Assembly: GCA_019310525.1 (NCBI GenBank)
Contig: JAFDEE010000016.1
Coordinates: 3,394 to 67,393 of the forward strand
Direction of reading: 5' to 3'
DNA from: Deltaproteobacteria bacterium
GTDB lineage: Bacteria > Desulfobacterota > DSM-4660 > Desulfatiglandales > HGW-15
Length of the DNA: 64,000 bases
Shown here: positions 1 through 9,822 of the stretch, piece by piece
Layout of the letters: each line of letters opens with the position of its first letter
Position numbering within the stretch: the stretch's first letter is position 1
The notes under the pieces: generated by a model
Databases searched by the model: none
The model's input: the letters and a program-made list of their open reading frames with translations, nothing else
Told to the model about the DNA's origin: nothing
Position numbers and translations under genes: made by a program

Positions 1-9
1 ATTAGAATT

Positions 10-264
10 ATGGCACATAAAAAAGCAGGGGGCAGCTCCCGAAACGGAAGGGACAGCGCCGGCCAACGGTACGGCGTGAAGAAATTCGGCGGCCAACGGG
101 TCAGGGCCGGTAACATCATTATCCGGCAGAAGGGAACCAAGATCCACCCGGGGACCAACGTGGGGATCGGAAAAGATTATACCCTTTATGCCAAGATCGA
201 CGGGTTCGTCGCCTTTGAACGAATGGGGAAAACGCGCAAAAAGGTCAGTGTTTACGCGGAATGA
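10..264 (+). CDS. rpmA: 50S ribosomal protein L27 (bL27)
   Basis: 84-aa ORF starting [16 protein letters not shown], the canonical bL27 N-terminus. It is followed by obg, as in many bacteria. Confidence 0.95.
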   Translation: MAHKKAGGSSRNGRDSAGQRYGVKKFGGQRVRAGNIIIRQKGTKIHPGTNVGIGKDYTLYAKIDGFVAFERMGKTRKKVSVYAE

Positions 265-345
265 GCCGATTTCTCCCCCCACACCCTCCTTTGCCCCGGG
301 GCGAGCAGGAGAGGGCCTTTTCAAGCGTAAGGCCCGAAAAATATC

Positions 346-1344
346 ATGCGATTTCTGGATGAAGCGGTCGTGACCGTAAGATCGGGCAACGGGGGAAGGG
401 GTTGTGTCAGTTTTCGAAAGGAGAAATACATCCCCCGGGGAGGTCCCGACGGAGGAGACGGGGGAGATGGCGGAAGCATTAAGGTAAGGGCATCCTCCAG
501 GCTCCGTACCCTTATACAGTACAACTCCAGAAAATTTTTTAAGGCCCCCAACGGCGCCCCCGGAAGGGGAAAAAACCAGACAGGTAAAAACGGCCGGGAC
601 ATCGTGCTGGAGGTCCCCACGGGAACCGTCGTGGCGGATCAGGAGACAGGAGAGGTGTTGGCCGACCTGGTTCGCGACGGAGAGGAATTTTTCGTTCTCC
701 CGGGCGGCAGGGGAGGGAAAGGAAACCAGCATTTCGCCACACCGACCCAGAGGGCGCCGCGGTTCGCACAACCTGGTGAACCGGGCCGGGAAATGCGGCT
801 CCGGTTTTCCCTGAAATCCCTGGCCGATATCGGCATCATCGGCCTGCCGAACGCCGGGAAATCCACCCTCCTCTCACGACTTACTACAGCCCATCCACGA
901 ATCGACGACTATCCCTTCTCAACCCTTGTTCCGAATCTCGGCGTATTGGAACTGGAAGACCACGCCCCGCTCACCATTGCCGACATTCCAGGCCTGATCG
1001 AGGGGGCCAGCCAAGGACGGGGGCTCGGCCACCGGTTTTTAAAACACATCGAGAGGACCCAGCTCCTTCTCCACGTGATCGACATCTCCGCCCATTCTCC
1101 TGACGGCATCCTGGAAAGTTTCATGATCTTGAAACATGAACTGGAAGCCTACGATCCGGCCTTACTCCGGAAGGCCCAGATGGTGTTGATCAACAAGATC
1201 GATCTCCTCGGATCCTGCCGCCGTGACCTCCTGGAAAGGACGGGGAAGGCCCTTTCCCGGGCGGGATTCGAATTCCTGGCGATCTCCGCCCTGACCGGAG
1301 AGGGTATCGATGCCCTCAAGGAAATTCTTTCGAAGAAATTCTGA
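346..1344 (+). CDS. obg: GTPase Obg/CgtA
   Basis: 332 aa. Obg-fold N-terminus MRFLDEAVVTVRSGNGGRGCVSFRKEKY, a glycine-rich GGPDGGDGGDGG segment, P-loop GLPNAGKST, DIPGLIEGA and NKID GTPase motifs. Confidence 0.95.
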   Translation: MRFLDEAVVTVRSGNGGRGCVSFRKEKYIPRGGPDGGDGGDGGSIKVRASSRLRTLIQYNSRKFFKAPNGAPGRGKNQTGKNGRDIVLEVPTGTVVADQETGEVLADLVRDGEEFFVLPGGRGGKGNQHFATPTQRAPRFAQPGEPGREMRLRFSLKSLADIGIIGLPNAGKSTLLSRLTTAHPRIDDYPFSTLVPNLGVLELEDHAPLTIADIPGLIEGASQGRGLGHRFLKHIERTQLLLHVIDISAHSPDGILESFMILKHELEAYDPALLRKAQMVLINKIDLLGSCRRDLLERTGKALSRAGFEFLAISALTGEGIDALKEILSKKF

Positions 1345-1433
1345 GGTGCAGAGGCCCAACAGGGAACCATGGGGGTTTAGGCCCGTACGAGGTAAGAAGT
1401 AGAAGGCTTCAGGCACCATCGGAATCAAAGGTA

Positions 1434-2114
1434 ATGTCTGAGAAGAAACAATTGAACTCTTCGAGGTACGGGATCCTGGGAGGAACCTTTGATCCCATAC
1501 ACTTGGGGCACTTGCGCCTGGCCGAGGAGGTGGCGGAAAACCTGACTCTGGAAAGGGTCTACCTGGTTCCTTCCGCGATTCCGCCGCACAAGTCCCGCAG
1601 ACCTATCACCTCCTTCGATGACCGGCTGGCCATGACGCGGATGGGGGCCGAGGCCTCACCCCTTCTGGAAGCTCTGGACCTGGAAAAACACCTTGAAGGA
1701 TACTCTTACTCGATTCACACCCTTAAGGCCTTCCACCGGATGTATCCTGGGCCCCTCGAACTGTTCTTCATCCTCGGGCTGGATGCCTTTCTGGAAATCA
1801 AAACCTGGAAAGAATATGATAGACTTTTCGAGTATGCCAACTTCGTGGTCATCCGGAGGCCGGGGACCTCTTCCTCCTCCCTTGACACCCTGCTCCCATC
1901 CCTTTCCATCACCTTTGAGCGGGAGGGGGAAACCGTGTTCCGGGCGCCCACGGGAAATCGCCTGATTTACATGGAAGTGACGCTTATGGATATCTCCAGC
2001 ACGGAGATCCGGGAAAGGGTTTCCAGGGGAAAATCCATCCGGTTCCTGGTTCCAAGTAAGGTCAGGGACTATATCTTGGCGAAGGGATTGTACGGCCACT
2101 ATGAAAACACTTGA
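1434..2114 (+). CDS. nadD: nicotinate-nucleotide adenylyltransferase
   Basis: 226 aa. GGTFDPIHLGHL (HxGH nucleotidyltransferase motif) and ISSTEIR near the C-terminus. The obg-nadD-rsfS order is conserved in many bacteria. Confidence 0.9.
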   Translation: MSEKKQLNSSRYGILGGTFDPIHLGHLRLAEEVAENLTLERVYLVPSAIPPHKSRRPITSFDDRLAMTRMGAEASPLLEALDLEKHLEGYSYSIHTLKAFHRMYPGPLELFFILGLDAFLEIKTWKEYDRLFEYANFVVIRRPGTSSSSLDTLLPSLSITFEREGETVFRAPTGNRLIYMEVTLMDISSTEIRERVSRGKSIRFLVPSKVRDYILAKGLYGHYENT

Positions 2115-2466
2115 TAAGGCATTCTTGTGCTTGAAAATCATCAGGGAGAGAAAGGCCATCGACCCGGTCCTGCTTGAAGTGGAGCAGCTGACTTCCCTAA
2201 CGGACTACTTCCTGATCACAAGCGGAAATTCCAGCAGGCAGGTCCAGGCCATTTATCGCCATCTGTTGCGCAAGATGCGGGAGGAAGGTTTCAAACCTTA
2301 CGGGGTGGAAGGCGAACAGGAAGGCCACTGGATCCTCATGGATTACGGGGACCTCGTGGTCCATATCTTTTACGAACCCGTAAGGGAGTTTTACGACCTT
2401 GAAGGCCTCTGGACCGAGGCCCCGAGGATCGACATCGGGATGGAGGGACCCTCAGGATCGCCTTAG
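2101..2466 (+). CDS. rsfS: ribosome silencing factor RsfS
   Basis: 121 aa with DYFLITSGNSSRQVQAI and HWILMDYGDLVVHIF segments typical of RsfS/IojAP. It overlaps the nadD stop by 14 nt. Confidence 0.9.
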   Translation: MKTLDKAFLCLKIIRERKAIDPVLLEVEQLTSLTDYFLITSGNSSRQVQAIYRHLLRKMREEGFKPYGVEGEQEGHWILMDYGDLVVHIFYEPVREFYDLEGLWTEAPRIDIGMEGPSGSP

Positions 2467-2582
2467 GGGCGACCGTTTTCATCCCGTAGACCCGTGTCTG
2501 GAAGCTGGAAAACCTGTCCGATGCGCCGCACTCCCCGAGGCCATGGAACACTTTGGGCGGCGGTGCGGGAAGGAGATCATTG

Positions 2583-4007
2583 ATGAAATCAAAAGGGAGG
2601 AAAAACCTTCGGCCTTTTTCCCGTTGTCTCCTCCCTCTATTTTTGGCCTTTTGTTTTCTCAGTGCCCCGTCCGCCTACCCGCTCTCAATCGAGAAGGAGC
2701 GCGCAGCGGGAGAGAAATTTCTACAGAATATCCGCAAACACTTTGAGATAGTAAAGGACCCTTATATCCAAGATTTCATCAACCAACTCGGCCGGTATCT
2801 TTCCTCTTCCCTTCAAACGAAGCCTTTTCCCTTTCACTTCTATGTGATCAACGCCCCCGCCCTGAACGCTTTTGCAGGACCCGGCGGACACATCTTCATC
2901 TTTTCGGGACTGATAAACATCTTGGAAGTGGATGAATTGGCCGCCGTGATCTGCCATGAAATCGGCCATGTATCCGCAAGGCACATCTCCCAGCGCATTG
3001 AAAAGAACAAGATGCTGGGAATAGCCACCATGGCCAGCGTGCTTGCTGCCGTTCTGATCGGAGGGAAGGCGGGGGGTGCCATCATCACGGGCTCCGTTGC
3101 CGCGGGAATGCAGGCCCAACTTCATTACAGCCGGGAGGACGAACGGCAGGCAGACCAGTTGGCCTTCAAGTACATGGACGCATCCGGTTTCTCTCCCTCT
3201 GCGATCATCAGGGTCCTGAAAAAACTCCAAAAAGAACGCTGGGTCGGGGGCGAGGAGATCCCTCCCTACCTCCTGACCCACCCAGGAGCCTCCGAGAGGA
3301 TCGCACGTATAGAGAGTATGCTTGCCGGGTACTCCAAAGGCTCTGTCAAGCCCGAGGCCGCCGAATTCAAGGCCCGGTATCCCATTTTCAAGACCGTTTT
3401 GACAGGCACCTGTCTTGATCCAGGGGAGGCGGAGCGGCGCTTCCAAGATCAGTTGGAACAGGATCCGGACGCTGGGCCGGCCCACCTGGGATTGGGAATC
3501 GCCCTGATGAGAAAGTCCGAATACGAGAGGGCGGCGAAACACCTCGAGCTTGCCCGAAAGGCCATGCCCCGGTCGGTTACCGTGCTTCGCTTTCTGGGAG
3601 AATCCTATCAGTTCCAGGGACGGGACGAGAAGGCTGTGAGGGTTCTGGAGGAGGCCCTTAGGCTGGAGAGAGGGAACCGATCGGTCCTGTACATCCTTGC
3701 GGGTTCTTACTTAAATCTTGAAAAATACCCACGGGCGATCCGCATTTACGAAAAGCTGAAGAACCTGAAGCCGGTGATGGAGGGAGTGTATTACCAGCTG
3801 GGGGTGGCCTATGGCAGGCAAAAGGAACTGGGCAGGGCACATTACAACTTCGGCCTGCATTTCGCCCGGATGAAGGACATGGAAAAGGCCCGGTTTCATT
3901 TCGAAAAGGCCCTCGCCTTCGCCCGCAACGACAGGACCATGGAAGAACGAATCAAAAAGGCTATGAGAAAACTACGGGCGTCCCCCGGTGGATCAAGACC
4001 GGATTAG
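2583..4007 (+). CDS. M48-family zinc metalloprotease with C-terminal TPR repeats (BepA/YfgC-like)
   Basis: HEIGH zinc motif (AAVICHEIGHVSARH), a hydrophobic signal-like N-terminus and TPR-like repeats in the C-terminal half. The ORF-track start is TTG at 2553. The ATG at 2583 follows AGGAG and is preferred. Confidence 0.8.
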   Translation: MKSKGRKNLRPFSRCLLPLFLAFCFLSAPSAYPLSIEKERAAGEKFLQNIRKHFEIVKDPYIQDFINQLGRYLSSSLQTKPFPFHFYVINAPALNAFAGPGGHIFIFSGLINILEVDELAAVICHEIGHVSARHISQRIEKNKMLGIATMASVLAAVLIGGKAGGAIITGSVAAGMQAQLHYSREDERQADQLAFKYMDASGFSPSAIIRVLKKLQKERWVGGEEIPPYLLTHPGASERIARIESMLAGYSKGSVKPEAAEFKARYPIFKTVLTGTCLDPGEAERRFQDQLEQDPDAGPAHLGLGIALMRKSEYERAAKHLELARKAMPRSVTVLRFLGESYQFQGRDEKAVRVLEEALRLERGNRSVLYILAGSYLNLEKYPRAIRIYEKLKNLKPVMEGVYYQLGVAYGRQKELGRAHYNFGLHFARMKDMEKARFHFEKALAFARNDRTMEERIKKAMRKLRASPGGSRPD

Positions 4008-4077
4008 TCTCCCCCCCCTTCTCTTCCGCCTGAAACCCCGCGCAGCCGCCGGCAAGGAGAGAACCGGCTCGCAGGGC

Positions 4078-5043
4078 CTAAGGGGTAAGCTGCGGATAGG
4101 ACTTGAGAGTCTTTTCGTGTTTCAGCCGGGCGGCTTTTATCAAGTCGGCCCGTGCCTTTTCCTCTTCGCCCATGGCTTCGTAGACCTTGGCCCTATTATA
4201 AAGGATATCTCCATCCCCGGGCGCCAATTCCAGGGCCTTGGTGTAGTCCTGAAGAGCGAGGTCTAGTTTCTTCATTTCGAAATAGGCGCTTCCCCGGTTG
4301 CAATACACGTCCGCGTTGCGAGGCATGAGCCTTGCGGCCTCCGTAAAATCCTTCACCGCCTGCTCGTGTTTTCCCAGCCTGGCTAATACCAATCCTCTGT
4401 TGAAGTAAGCGTCGGCAAAGTTCTTGTCCAACTCGATGGCCTTTGTGTAATCAGCCAAGGCCTCCTGAAAATTGCCTCGGTAGGCATTAAGCCACCCCCG
4501 GTCATAGTGGGCGTCGGCACGGTTGGGGTTCACCTTCAAAAGGCTTTCGACCTTTTTCATCTCAAAGAGGAAATCAATCTCTTTTTCCCCTTTTGAAGCC
4601 GCAGCCCCAGTTGAAACCTGAGGTCCGGCCGTTGCGGTTTGATCTTTCACCGTCCCCTGCTGAGGAGTTCCCTGCTTGGAGGGCGGTGGAAGGGGCCGGG
4701 GAGCCCTTTTCACTGACCTTTGCACCACCTTGGGCCCGCCGGGAGAAACGGCACCCGGGATAAGCCCGGCGATCCCACTGAAGGAGTGGCCGATAAAGAC
4801 AACCACTGCGGCCTGGAGGAGAAGCGAGAGCACGAATGACGCGGTCCAAACCGTCATGTACTTGGTCAGATTGTAACTGCGGTGTTTCTTCCACCCCCAG
4901 ACAAAGGTATAGATCCCGCAGATGATGCCGAAGATGCCCTTCAGTATCCCTTCGTTCTTGAAAAGCTTCACGAGCACGATGATAAACATGATAAAGCTCA
5001 CGAACGAAAGCAGTGCAAAGACCGAGGCCAGGATATTGAGCAT
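4078..5043 (-). CDS. membrane-anchored TPR-repeat protein
   Basis: Hydrophobic N-terminal helices (MLNILASVFALLSFVSFIMFIIVLV...), a Pro/Gln-rich linker, then several TPR units (AHYDRGWLNAYRGNFQEALADYTKAIELD...). The internal ATG at 5043 is preceded by GAGGAGG, so the long ORF-track N-terminal extension is rejected. Confidence 0.7.
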   Translation of the reverse strand: MLNILASVFALLSFVSFIMFIIVLVKLFKNEGILKGIFGIICGIYTFVWGWKKHRSYNLTKYMTVWTASFVLSLLLQAAVVVFIGHSFSGIAGLIPGAVSPGGPKVVQRSVKRAPRPLPPPSKQGTPQQGTVKDQTATAGPQVSTGAAASKGEKEIDFLFEMKKVESLLKVNPNRADAHYDRGWLNAYRGNFQEALADYTKAIELDKNFADAYFNRGLVLARLGKHEQAVKDFTEAARLMPRNADVYCNRGSAYFEMKKLDLALQDYTKALELAPGDGDILYNRAKVYEAMGEEEKARADLIKAARLKHEKTLKSYPQLTP

Positions 5044-5053
5044 GGCTTCCTCC

Positions 5054-5473
5054 TCAGAAATTGGATACTGCCGGAAACAAATGTGATTGGAGAAGGTCCG
5101 CCCGCAGACACTCCACCACCCTAAAACCCCAGTAGCAGAGAAGAGCGGAAAAAAACAGAAGGACGATTCCAGTCCGGCTTTCAAGGACTGCGACCCATCT
5201 CACCACCGAGGTGTAATGGGATCCGGGAACAAGACACAAGAGCCCTACGAGACAGCCCCCCGCCAGGAAAAGGGGAGAAAAGGCATGGCTTGATATTGCG
5301 GCCCCCCACTCCCCGTGGAGGAGATGTCCGATTCCCCGGGTCAGGCCGCATCCGGGGCAGGGGACCCCCAGGAAGGTCTTGACCGGGCAGGTCCACCCCG
5401 GGATCCCCAGGAAATGAAGCAAAACCTGGAAAACGCCAACGGCCAAAAACAGCACGGTGATTCGGCGGTCCAT
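5054..5473 (-). CDS. DUF2752-like small membrane protein
   Basis: The CPVKTFLGVPCPGCGLTRG motif followed by hydrophobic helices matches the DUF2752 pattern as I recall it. The start is uncertain (candidates 5473, 5557, 5590) and none has a clear SD. Confidence 0.55.
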   Translation of the reverse strand: MDRRITVLFLAVGVFQVLLHFLGIPGWTCPVKTFLGVPCPGCGLTRGIGHLLHGEWGAAISSHAFSPLFLAGGCLVGLLCLVPGSHYTSVVRWVAVLESRTGIVLLFFSALLCYWGFRVVECLRADLLQSHLFPAVSNF

Positions 5474-5909
5474 GAGGACCGGCGCCAGCAGGGGAGGGAA
5501 GGATCCCCTGGACGTCTGCTCAAGCCCCGCTGGATTCACCCGATAAAATCTTCTCATGCCCACATGATTCACGCCAGCCGTTGCCTCCACTACGGGAATC
5601 GGAATCGGGCCGGTTGCGACCGGGTGATCTTACAATATCAACTCTTTCGGGATATTGAAAGCTATATTTGTCCCGGGCCCAGGGGCCCGGGAGGAAAACC
5701 GGAATCCCATTCAGGAAGTAAAATGGAACCAGGTAGACACAAAATTTCCATTTTCCGGGGACTTGAAATAAAAACCATTTGGGTTTATATAGGGTCCGTC
5801 TTGACCTTTCATCTTCTATCCCGTTGAAGTACCTCTCGGAAACGAAAACGTACAACCAGCTTCACCAAAACATAACGGCAGTCTCTATTGGCAATGAAAG
5901 GAATCGTGC

Positions 5910-7934
5910 ATGACGCCTTCCACCCATCCGGCCGCCCTCACATACCTTGGTGTACCAGGGTATGCATATGGATGGGCCATGCTGGTCATCGGCCTTGGGC
6001 TCTTTGCCTGGATTCTCTCCCGCCGCTACCGGATCCTTTCGGCGGGCCAGTCTGATCCAAGATTCACCTCTATAGGGCAACGTTTAACCGGCCTTGTCAC
6101 TTACGGTCTGATCCAGAAGAGACAACCGAGGTTCCTCTGGGCCGGCATCATCCACATCCTGATCTTTTGGGGTTTCATGGTCCTTGGGATCCGCTCAATG
6201 GACCTGATCACCCAGTCCATCGGGCTGCCCCTGTTGCGCCCTATCCTGGAAGGGGCATTCGGCACATTTTACGGGGGCCTCAAGGATGTCTTCGAACTCC
6301 TGGTCCTCGGGGCCTGCCTTTGGGCCATCCTGAGGCGGGCCGTCCTGAAACCCGCCAGGTACAAAGGAAGCCATCAGTTCGAGGCCTTCCTGGTCCTCGG
6401 CCTGATCTCCTTCCTCATGGTCACGGACATGTTCTACGAGGGAAGCGGCTTGCTGCTTCTGGGCGGGGACGGGGGATGGCTTCCCGCCTCCAGGAGTGCG
6501 GCCTTCCTGCTCTCGGGCTCTTCCTCTCCTTTTTTGCGCTCCATTCACAATGGTTGTTTCTGGTTCCATCTCCTGGCCTTTTTCTTCTTCTTGAACTTCC
6601 TCCCCTTGGGAAAACATTTTCATATCATAACCGCCCTTCCCAACGTCTTTTTCAGGAGGTTGACCAAGGGCTCCCTGAAGCCAGCCCGGTGGGGCGTTGA
6701 GGATATCGAGGAACTGGAGAGCCTGGGAGTGGAAAAATTCGAGGACTTCACCTGGAAGCATATCCTGGACTTCTTTACCTGCACGGAATGCGGGCGTTGC
6801 TCCGACATGTGTCCTGCCAACGCCGTAGGCCGGCCACTGTCCCCCAAATTGCTCACCATGAAGCTGAGAGACCACGGCTACAGGAAATATCCGGTTTTCG
6901 GTTCGGGGAAAGAGAAGGAGGATGGGTCCGCCCTGGTTGGGGATCTCATCACCTTCGAGGAAATTTGGTCCTGTACCACCTGTGGGGCCTGCGAAGAAGA
7001 ATGCCCCGTTTTCATCGAATATATCGACAAGATCGTGGACATGCGCAGGAACCTGATCGAGACGTCCCGGAATCCCAAATCCTTCAACCAGGTGCTGATG
7101 CGCTTTGAAAAGACCGGAAATCCCTTTGGAAAGCCCCCGGCAAAGCGGGCCGAATGGACCGAGGAACTGAGGGAAGAGGTTCCCGTGAAGATCCTTGAAG
7201 AAGGGGACGAGGTGGATGTGCTCTTTTTCGTGGACAGTTACGGTTCCTTCGATCCGGCGGTCCAGGATATCGCCGCCAACATCGCCAGGGGCCTCCACCG
7301 GGCCGGTGTGGATTTCGGAATCCTGGGACCTCTCGAAACGGACACCGGGCACCAGGTCCGGCGCATGGGGGAGGAGGGTCTTTTCCAGTTCCTCGTGGAG
7401 ACAAACCTCGAAACCCTTAAGAGCATCCGGTTCAACCGCATCGTGACCCTGGATCCCCATGCATTCAATACCCTGCTGAAAGACTATCCCGCCCGCTGGG
7501 AAGTCCGGCATTACGTCCCCTTTTTCCTCTCACTCCTTGAAAGAGGCGCCATCAAGCCTATAAGACCCCTTGAGGGGAATAACACCTATACTTACCACGA
7601 TCCGTGCTACCTTGGGAGGCACAACGGGATCTACGATGAGCCCCGCCGTCTCTTGCAGGCACTGCCCGGTATGAATCTGGTGGAAATGGAGAGGAGGCGG
7701 GATCGGAGTTTCTGCTGCGGTGGCGGAGATATCATCCTCTGGCACGAGATCGAGCAGGAGGAGGAGAGGATGGCTTCAAGGAGAATCACGATGGCCAGGG
7801 AGGTCGGGGCGGATACCATCGTGACGGCATGCCCCTTCTGCCTGATTCATTTCGAAGATGCCATCAAGACGGGGGGACTCGAAGAACAGATGAGGGTGGT
7901 GGACCTCATGGCGTTGCTTCTCTCCACCCTTTAG
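5910..7934 (+). CDS. membrane-bound FeS oxidoreductase (HdrD/GlpC-like, CCG domains) associated with EtfAB
   Basis: 674 aa with a hydrophobic N-terminal third containing several predicted TM helices. Two ferredoxin-type motifs (CTECGRCSDMCP, CTTCGACEEECP) and two Cys-rich CCG-type regions (DPCYLGRH...FCCGGGD, TACPFCLIHF). It lies directly upstream of etfB-etfA. Confidence 0.85.
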   Translation: MTPSTHPAALTYLGVPGYAYGWAMLVIGLGLFAWILSRRYRILSAGQSDPRFTSIGQRLTGLVTYGLIQKRQPRFLWAGIIHILIFWGFMVLGIRSMDLITQSIGLPLLRPILEGAFGTFYGGLKDVFELLVLGACLWAILRRAVLKPARYKGSHQFEAFLVLGLISFLMVTDMFYEGSGLLLLGGDGGWLPASRSAAFLLSGSSSPFLRSIHNGCFWFHLLAFFFFLNFLPLGKHFHIITALPNVFFRRLTKGSLKPARWGVEDIEELESLGVEKFEDFTWKHILDFFTCTECGRCSDMCPANAVGRPLSPKLLTMKLRDHGYRKYPVFGSGKEKEDGSALVGDLITFEEIWSCTTCGACEEECPVFIEYIDKIVDMRRNLIETSRNPKSFNQVLMRFEKTGNPFGKPPAKRAEWTEELREEVPVKILEEGDEVDVLFFVDSYGSFDPAVQDIAANIARGLHRAGVDFGILGPLETDTGHQVRRMGEEGLFQFLVETNLETLKSIRFNRIVTLDPHAFNTLLKDYPARWEVRHYVPFFLSLLERGAIKPIRPLEGNNTYTYHDPCYLGRHNGIYDEPRRLLQALPGMNLVEMERRRDRSFCCGGGDIILWHEIEQEEERMASRRITMAREVGADTIVTACPFCLIHFEDAIKTGGLEEQMRVVDLMALLLSTL

Positions 7935-8053
7935 GGATGTTCCAAATGCCCCTATTCCGCCCGTGAAAACATGATTTCAATACATCCCAGTAGTCCCGGG
8001 ATTGGCTGGGATGAGAAGCAACAAACCGAATTCAGAAATCCGGAGGAGGAGGA

Positions 8054-8836
8054 ATGAATATCATCGTGTGCGTCAAAAGGGTCCCCCTGACCCAGGAGGT
8101 GGACCTCCAGATCGGGGCCGGTGGGAAGGATATCCGGAAAGACATGCTGGCTTACGTGATCAACGAGTGGGACAGTTACGCCATCGAGGAGGCGGTCCTC
8201 TTGAAGGAGCAGCACGGCGGTGAGGTCACGGCGGTCACCGTGGGAGGCGAGGAGGACGAGGAAGTGCTGAGACGATGTCTCGCCATGGGCGCGGACCGGG
8301 CCATCCGGATCGACCCCGAGGGGCGGGAGTTGGACGCCTTTTCGACATCGAAGATCCTCTCAGGGGTGATCCGGGACCTGGATTTCGATCTTGTGTTCAC
8401 CGGCGTGCAAGCCGACGACCTCAACGAGGGGGCCGTCGGGGTCATGCTCGCGGAGCACCTGGGCGTAGCCCATGCGGCCGTGGTGAGGGGTTTTGAGCTG
8501 AAGGAGGGGGGTGAAGCGACCCTCAAGGTGGAACTGGAAGGGGGGATCGATGAGGTCGTAAGTATTCCCTTTCCAGCGGTAGTGAGCATTCAGACGGGGA
8601 TCAACGAGCCGCGCTACGTCTCCATCATGGGGATCCGAAAGGCCGCAAAAAAGGAACTCAAGGTGATGAAGGTCGAAGATCTGGGCCTTTCGGATCAAGA
8701 CCTCACCCCAATGATCACGGTCGAGGAACTCTATTTGCCGCCTGAGACGGAGGGGGCGGAGATCCTGGAAGGGGATCCCGGCATGGTCGCGGAACAGATT
8801 CTTCAAATTCTGAAAGAGAAGGGGGTGGCGAAATAA
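8054..8836 (+). CDS. etfB: electron transfer flavoprotein, beta subunit
   Basis: 260 aa. MNIIVCVKRVP start and overall ETF-beta pattern. A GGAGGAGGAGG SD lies upstream, and its stop directly abuts the etfA start (no intergenic gap). Confidence 0.9.
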   Translation: MNIIVCVKRVPLTQEVDLQIGAGGKDIRKDMLAYVINEWDSYAIEEAVLLKEQHGGEVTAVTVGGEEDEEVLRRCLAMGADRAIRIDPEGRELDAFSTSKILSGVIRDLDFDLVFTGVQADDLNEGAVGVMLAEHLGVAHAAVVRGFELKEGGEATLKVELEGGIDEVVSIPFPAVVSIQTGINEPRYVSIMGIRKAAKKELKVMKVEDLGLSDQDLTPMITVEELYLPPETEGAEILEGDPGMVAEQILQILKEKGVAK

Positions 8837-9805
8837 ATGGGAGATATCTTCGTTGTTGTGGAACACAGGCAGGGAGTGATTCGGGAAATCACCCATGAGA
8901 TGCTCTGGAAGGCCGGGGAACTGGGTCGAGCACTCTCCCGGAAGGTGTCGGCCGTTTTGTTTTGCCATGATGGGGCCCGGATGATCGAGGAGATCAGGGA
9001 TCGGGCGGACCGGATTCTCCTGGTGGAAAGCGACGCTTTTAAAAATTTCAGCAGCGACCTTTACAAGGAACTCCTGGCACGTCTCATTGCCGAGCATGCC
9101 CCCTTTCTCACCCTGATGGGCCATACTGCCTGGGGCATGGATCTTGCCCCGGCCCTCAGCGTCAAGAGTGGACTCCCCCTTGCCACGGATTGCATGGATA
9201 TTCTCTGGGAGGGGGACCGTCTTAAGGCGGTCAGGCAGGTCTATTCCGGCAAGCTTTTCTCCAAGGTTTCTTTCAAGGAGGCCCCTGGATACCTTGCAAC
9301 CATAAGGGCGGGGGCCTTTCCACAGGAGAAGTCAGGGGAGCGTTCGGCCGAGGTACAGGAGATCGATCTTCCGGCCGACTTACCCGCTGAACGGAGGCGG
9401 TTCGTTGAATTCGTGGATACGGGCGCGGGAAAAGTGGATATCTCTCAGGCCGACCTCCTTATCTCCGTGGGCCGGGGGATTGGAGAAGAGGAAAACATCG
9501 GGAAGATCAAGGAACTGGCCGACCGCCTGGGAGGAGTGTTGGCCTGTTCCCGTCCTGTGGTGGACAAGAACTGGCTCCCCAAGTACCACCAGGTGGGGAC
9601 CTCCGGAAAATCCGTGAAGCCCAAGGTCTACCTCGCCCTCGGAATCAGCGGGGCCTTCCAGCATGTGGCGGGCATAAGCGGCGCCGGCACCGTGATCGCC
9701 GTAAACAAGGACAAAAAGGCCCCTATTTTCAGGGTCGCCCACTACGGGGTGGTGGACGACCTGTTCAAGGTGGCCGATGCCCTGATGGAAAAAATCGGAG
9801 GATAA
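8837..9805 (+). CDS. etfA: electron transfer flavoprotein, alpha subunit
   Basis: 322 aa. The C-terminal FAD-binding segment ACSRPVVDKNWLPKYHQVGTSGKSVKPKVYLALGISGAFQHVAGI is typical of ETF-alpha. Confidence 0.9.
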   Translation: MGDIFVVVEHRQGVIREITHEMLWKAGELGRALSRKVSAVLFCHDGARMIEEIRDRADRILLVESDAFKNFSSDLYKELLARLIAEHAPFLTLMGHTAWGMDLAPALSVKSGLPLATDCMDILWEGDRLKAVRQVYSGKLFSKVSFKEAPGYLATIRAGAFPQEKSGERSAEVQEIDLPADLPAERRRFVEFVDTGAGKVDISQADLLISVGRGIGEEENIGKIKELADRLGGVLACSRPVVDKNWLPKYHQVGTSGKSVKPKVYLALGISGAFQHVAGISGAGTVIAVNKDKKAPIFRVAHYGVVDDLFKVADALMEKIGG

Positions 9806-9822
9806 TAAGGTCCGATCTCCTC

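Noticed and set aside
313-335. Hairpin GGGCCTT-N9-AAGGCCC between rpmA and obg
   Set aside because: It has no U-tract, and the two genes are normally co-transcribed. It is probably just an mRNA structure.
6195-7511. 438-aa ORF on the minus strand, opposite the FeS oxidoreductase gene
   Set aside because: It is a shadow ORF typical of GC-rich DNA. Its composition is Pro/Gly/Arg-rich and low in complexity, with no motif, and it lies entirely antisense to a gene with clear FeS/CCG motifs. The same reasoning applies to 14437-15561 (+), 8360-9124 (-), 16336-17205 (+), 21131-21853 (+), 25374-26390 (+), 27057-27911 (+), 36728-37708 (+), 40662-41411 (+), 51828-52904 (+) and similar track entries.
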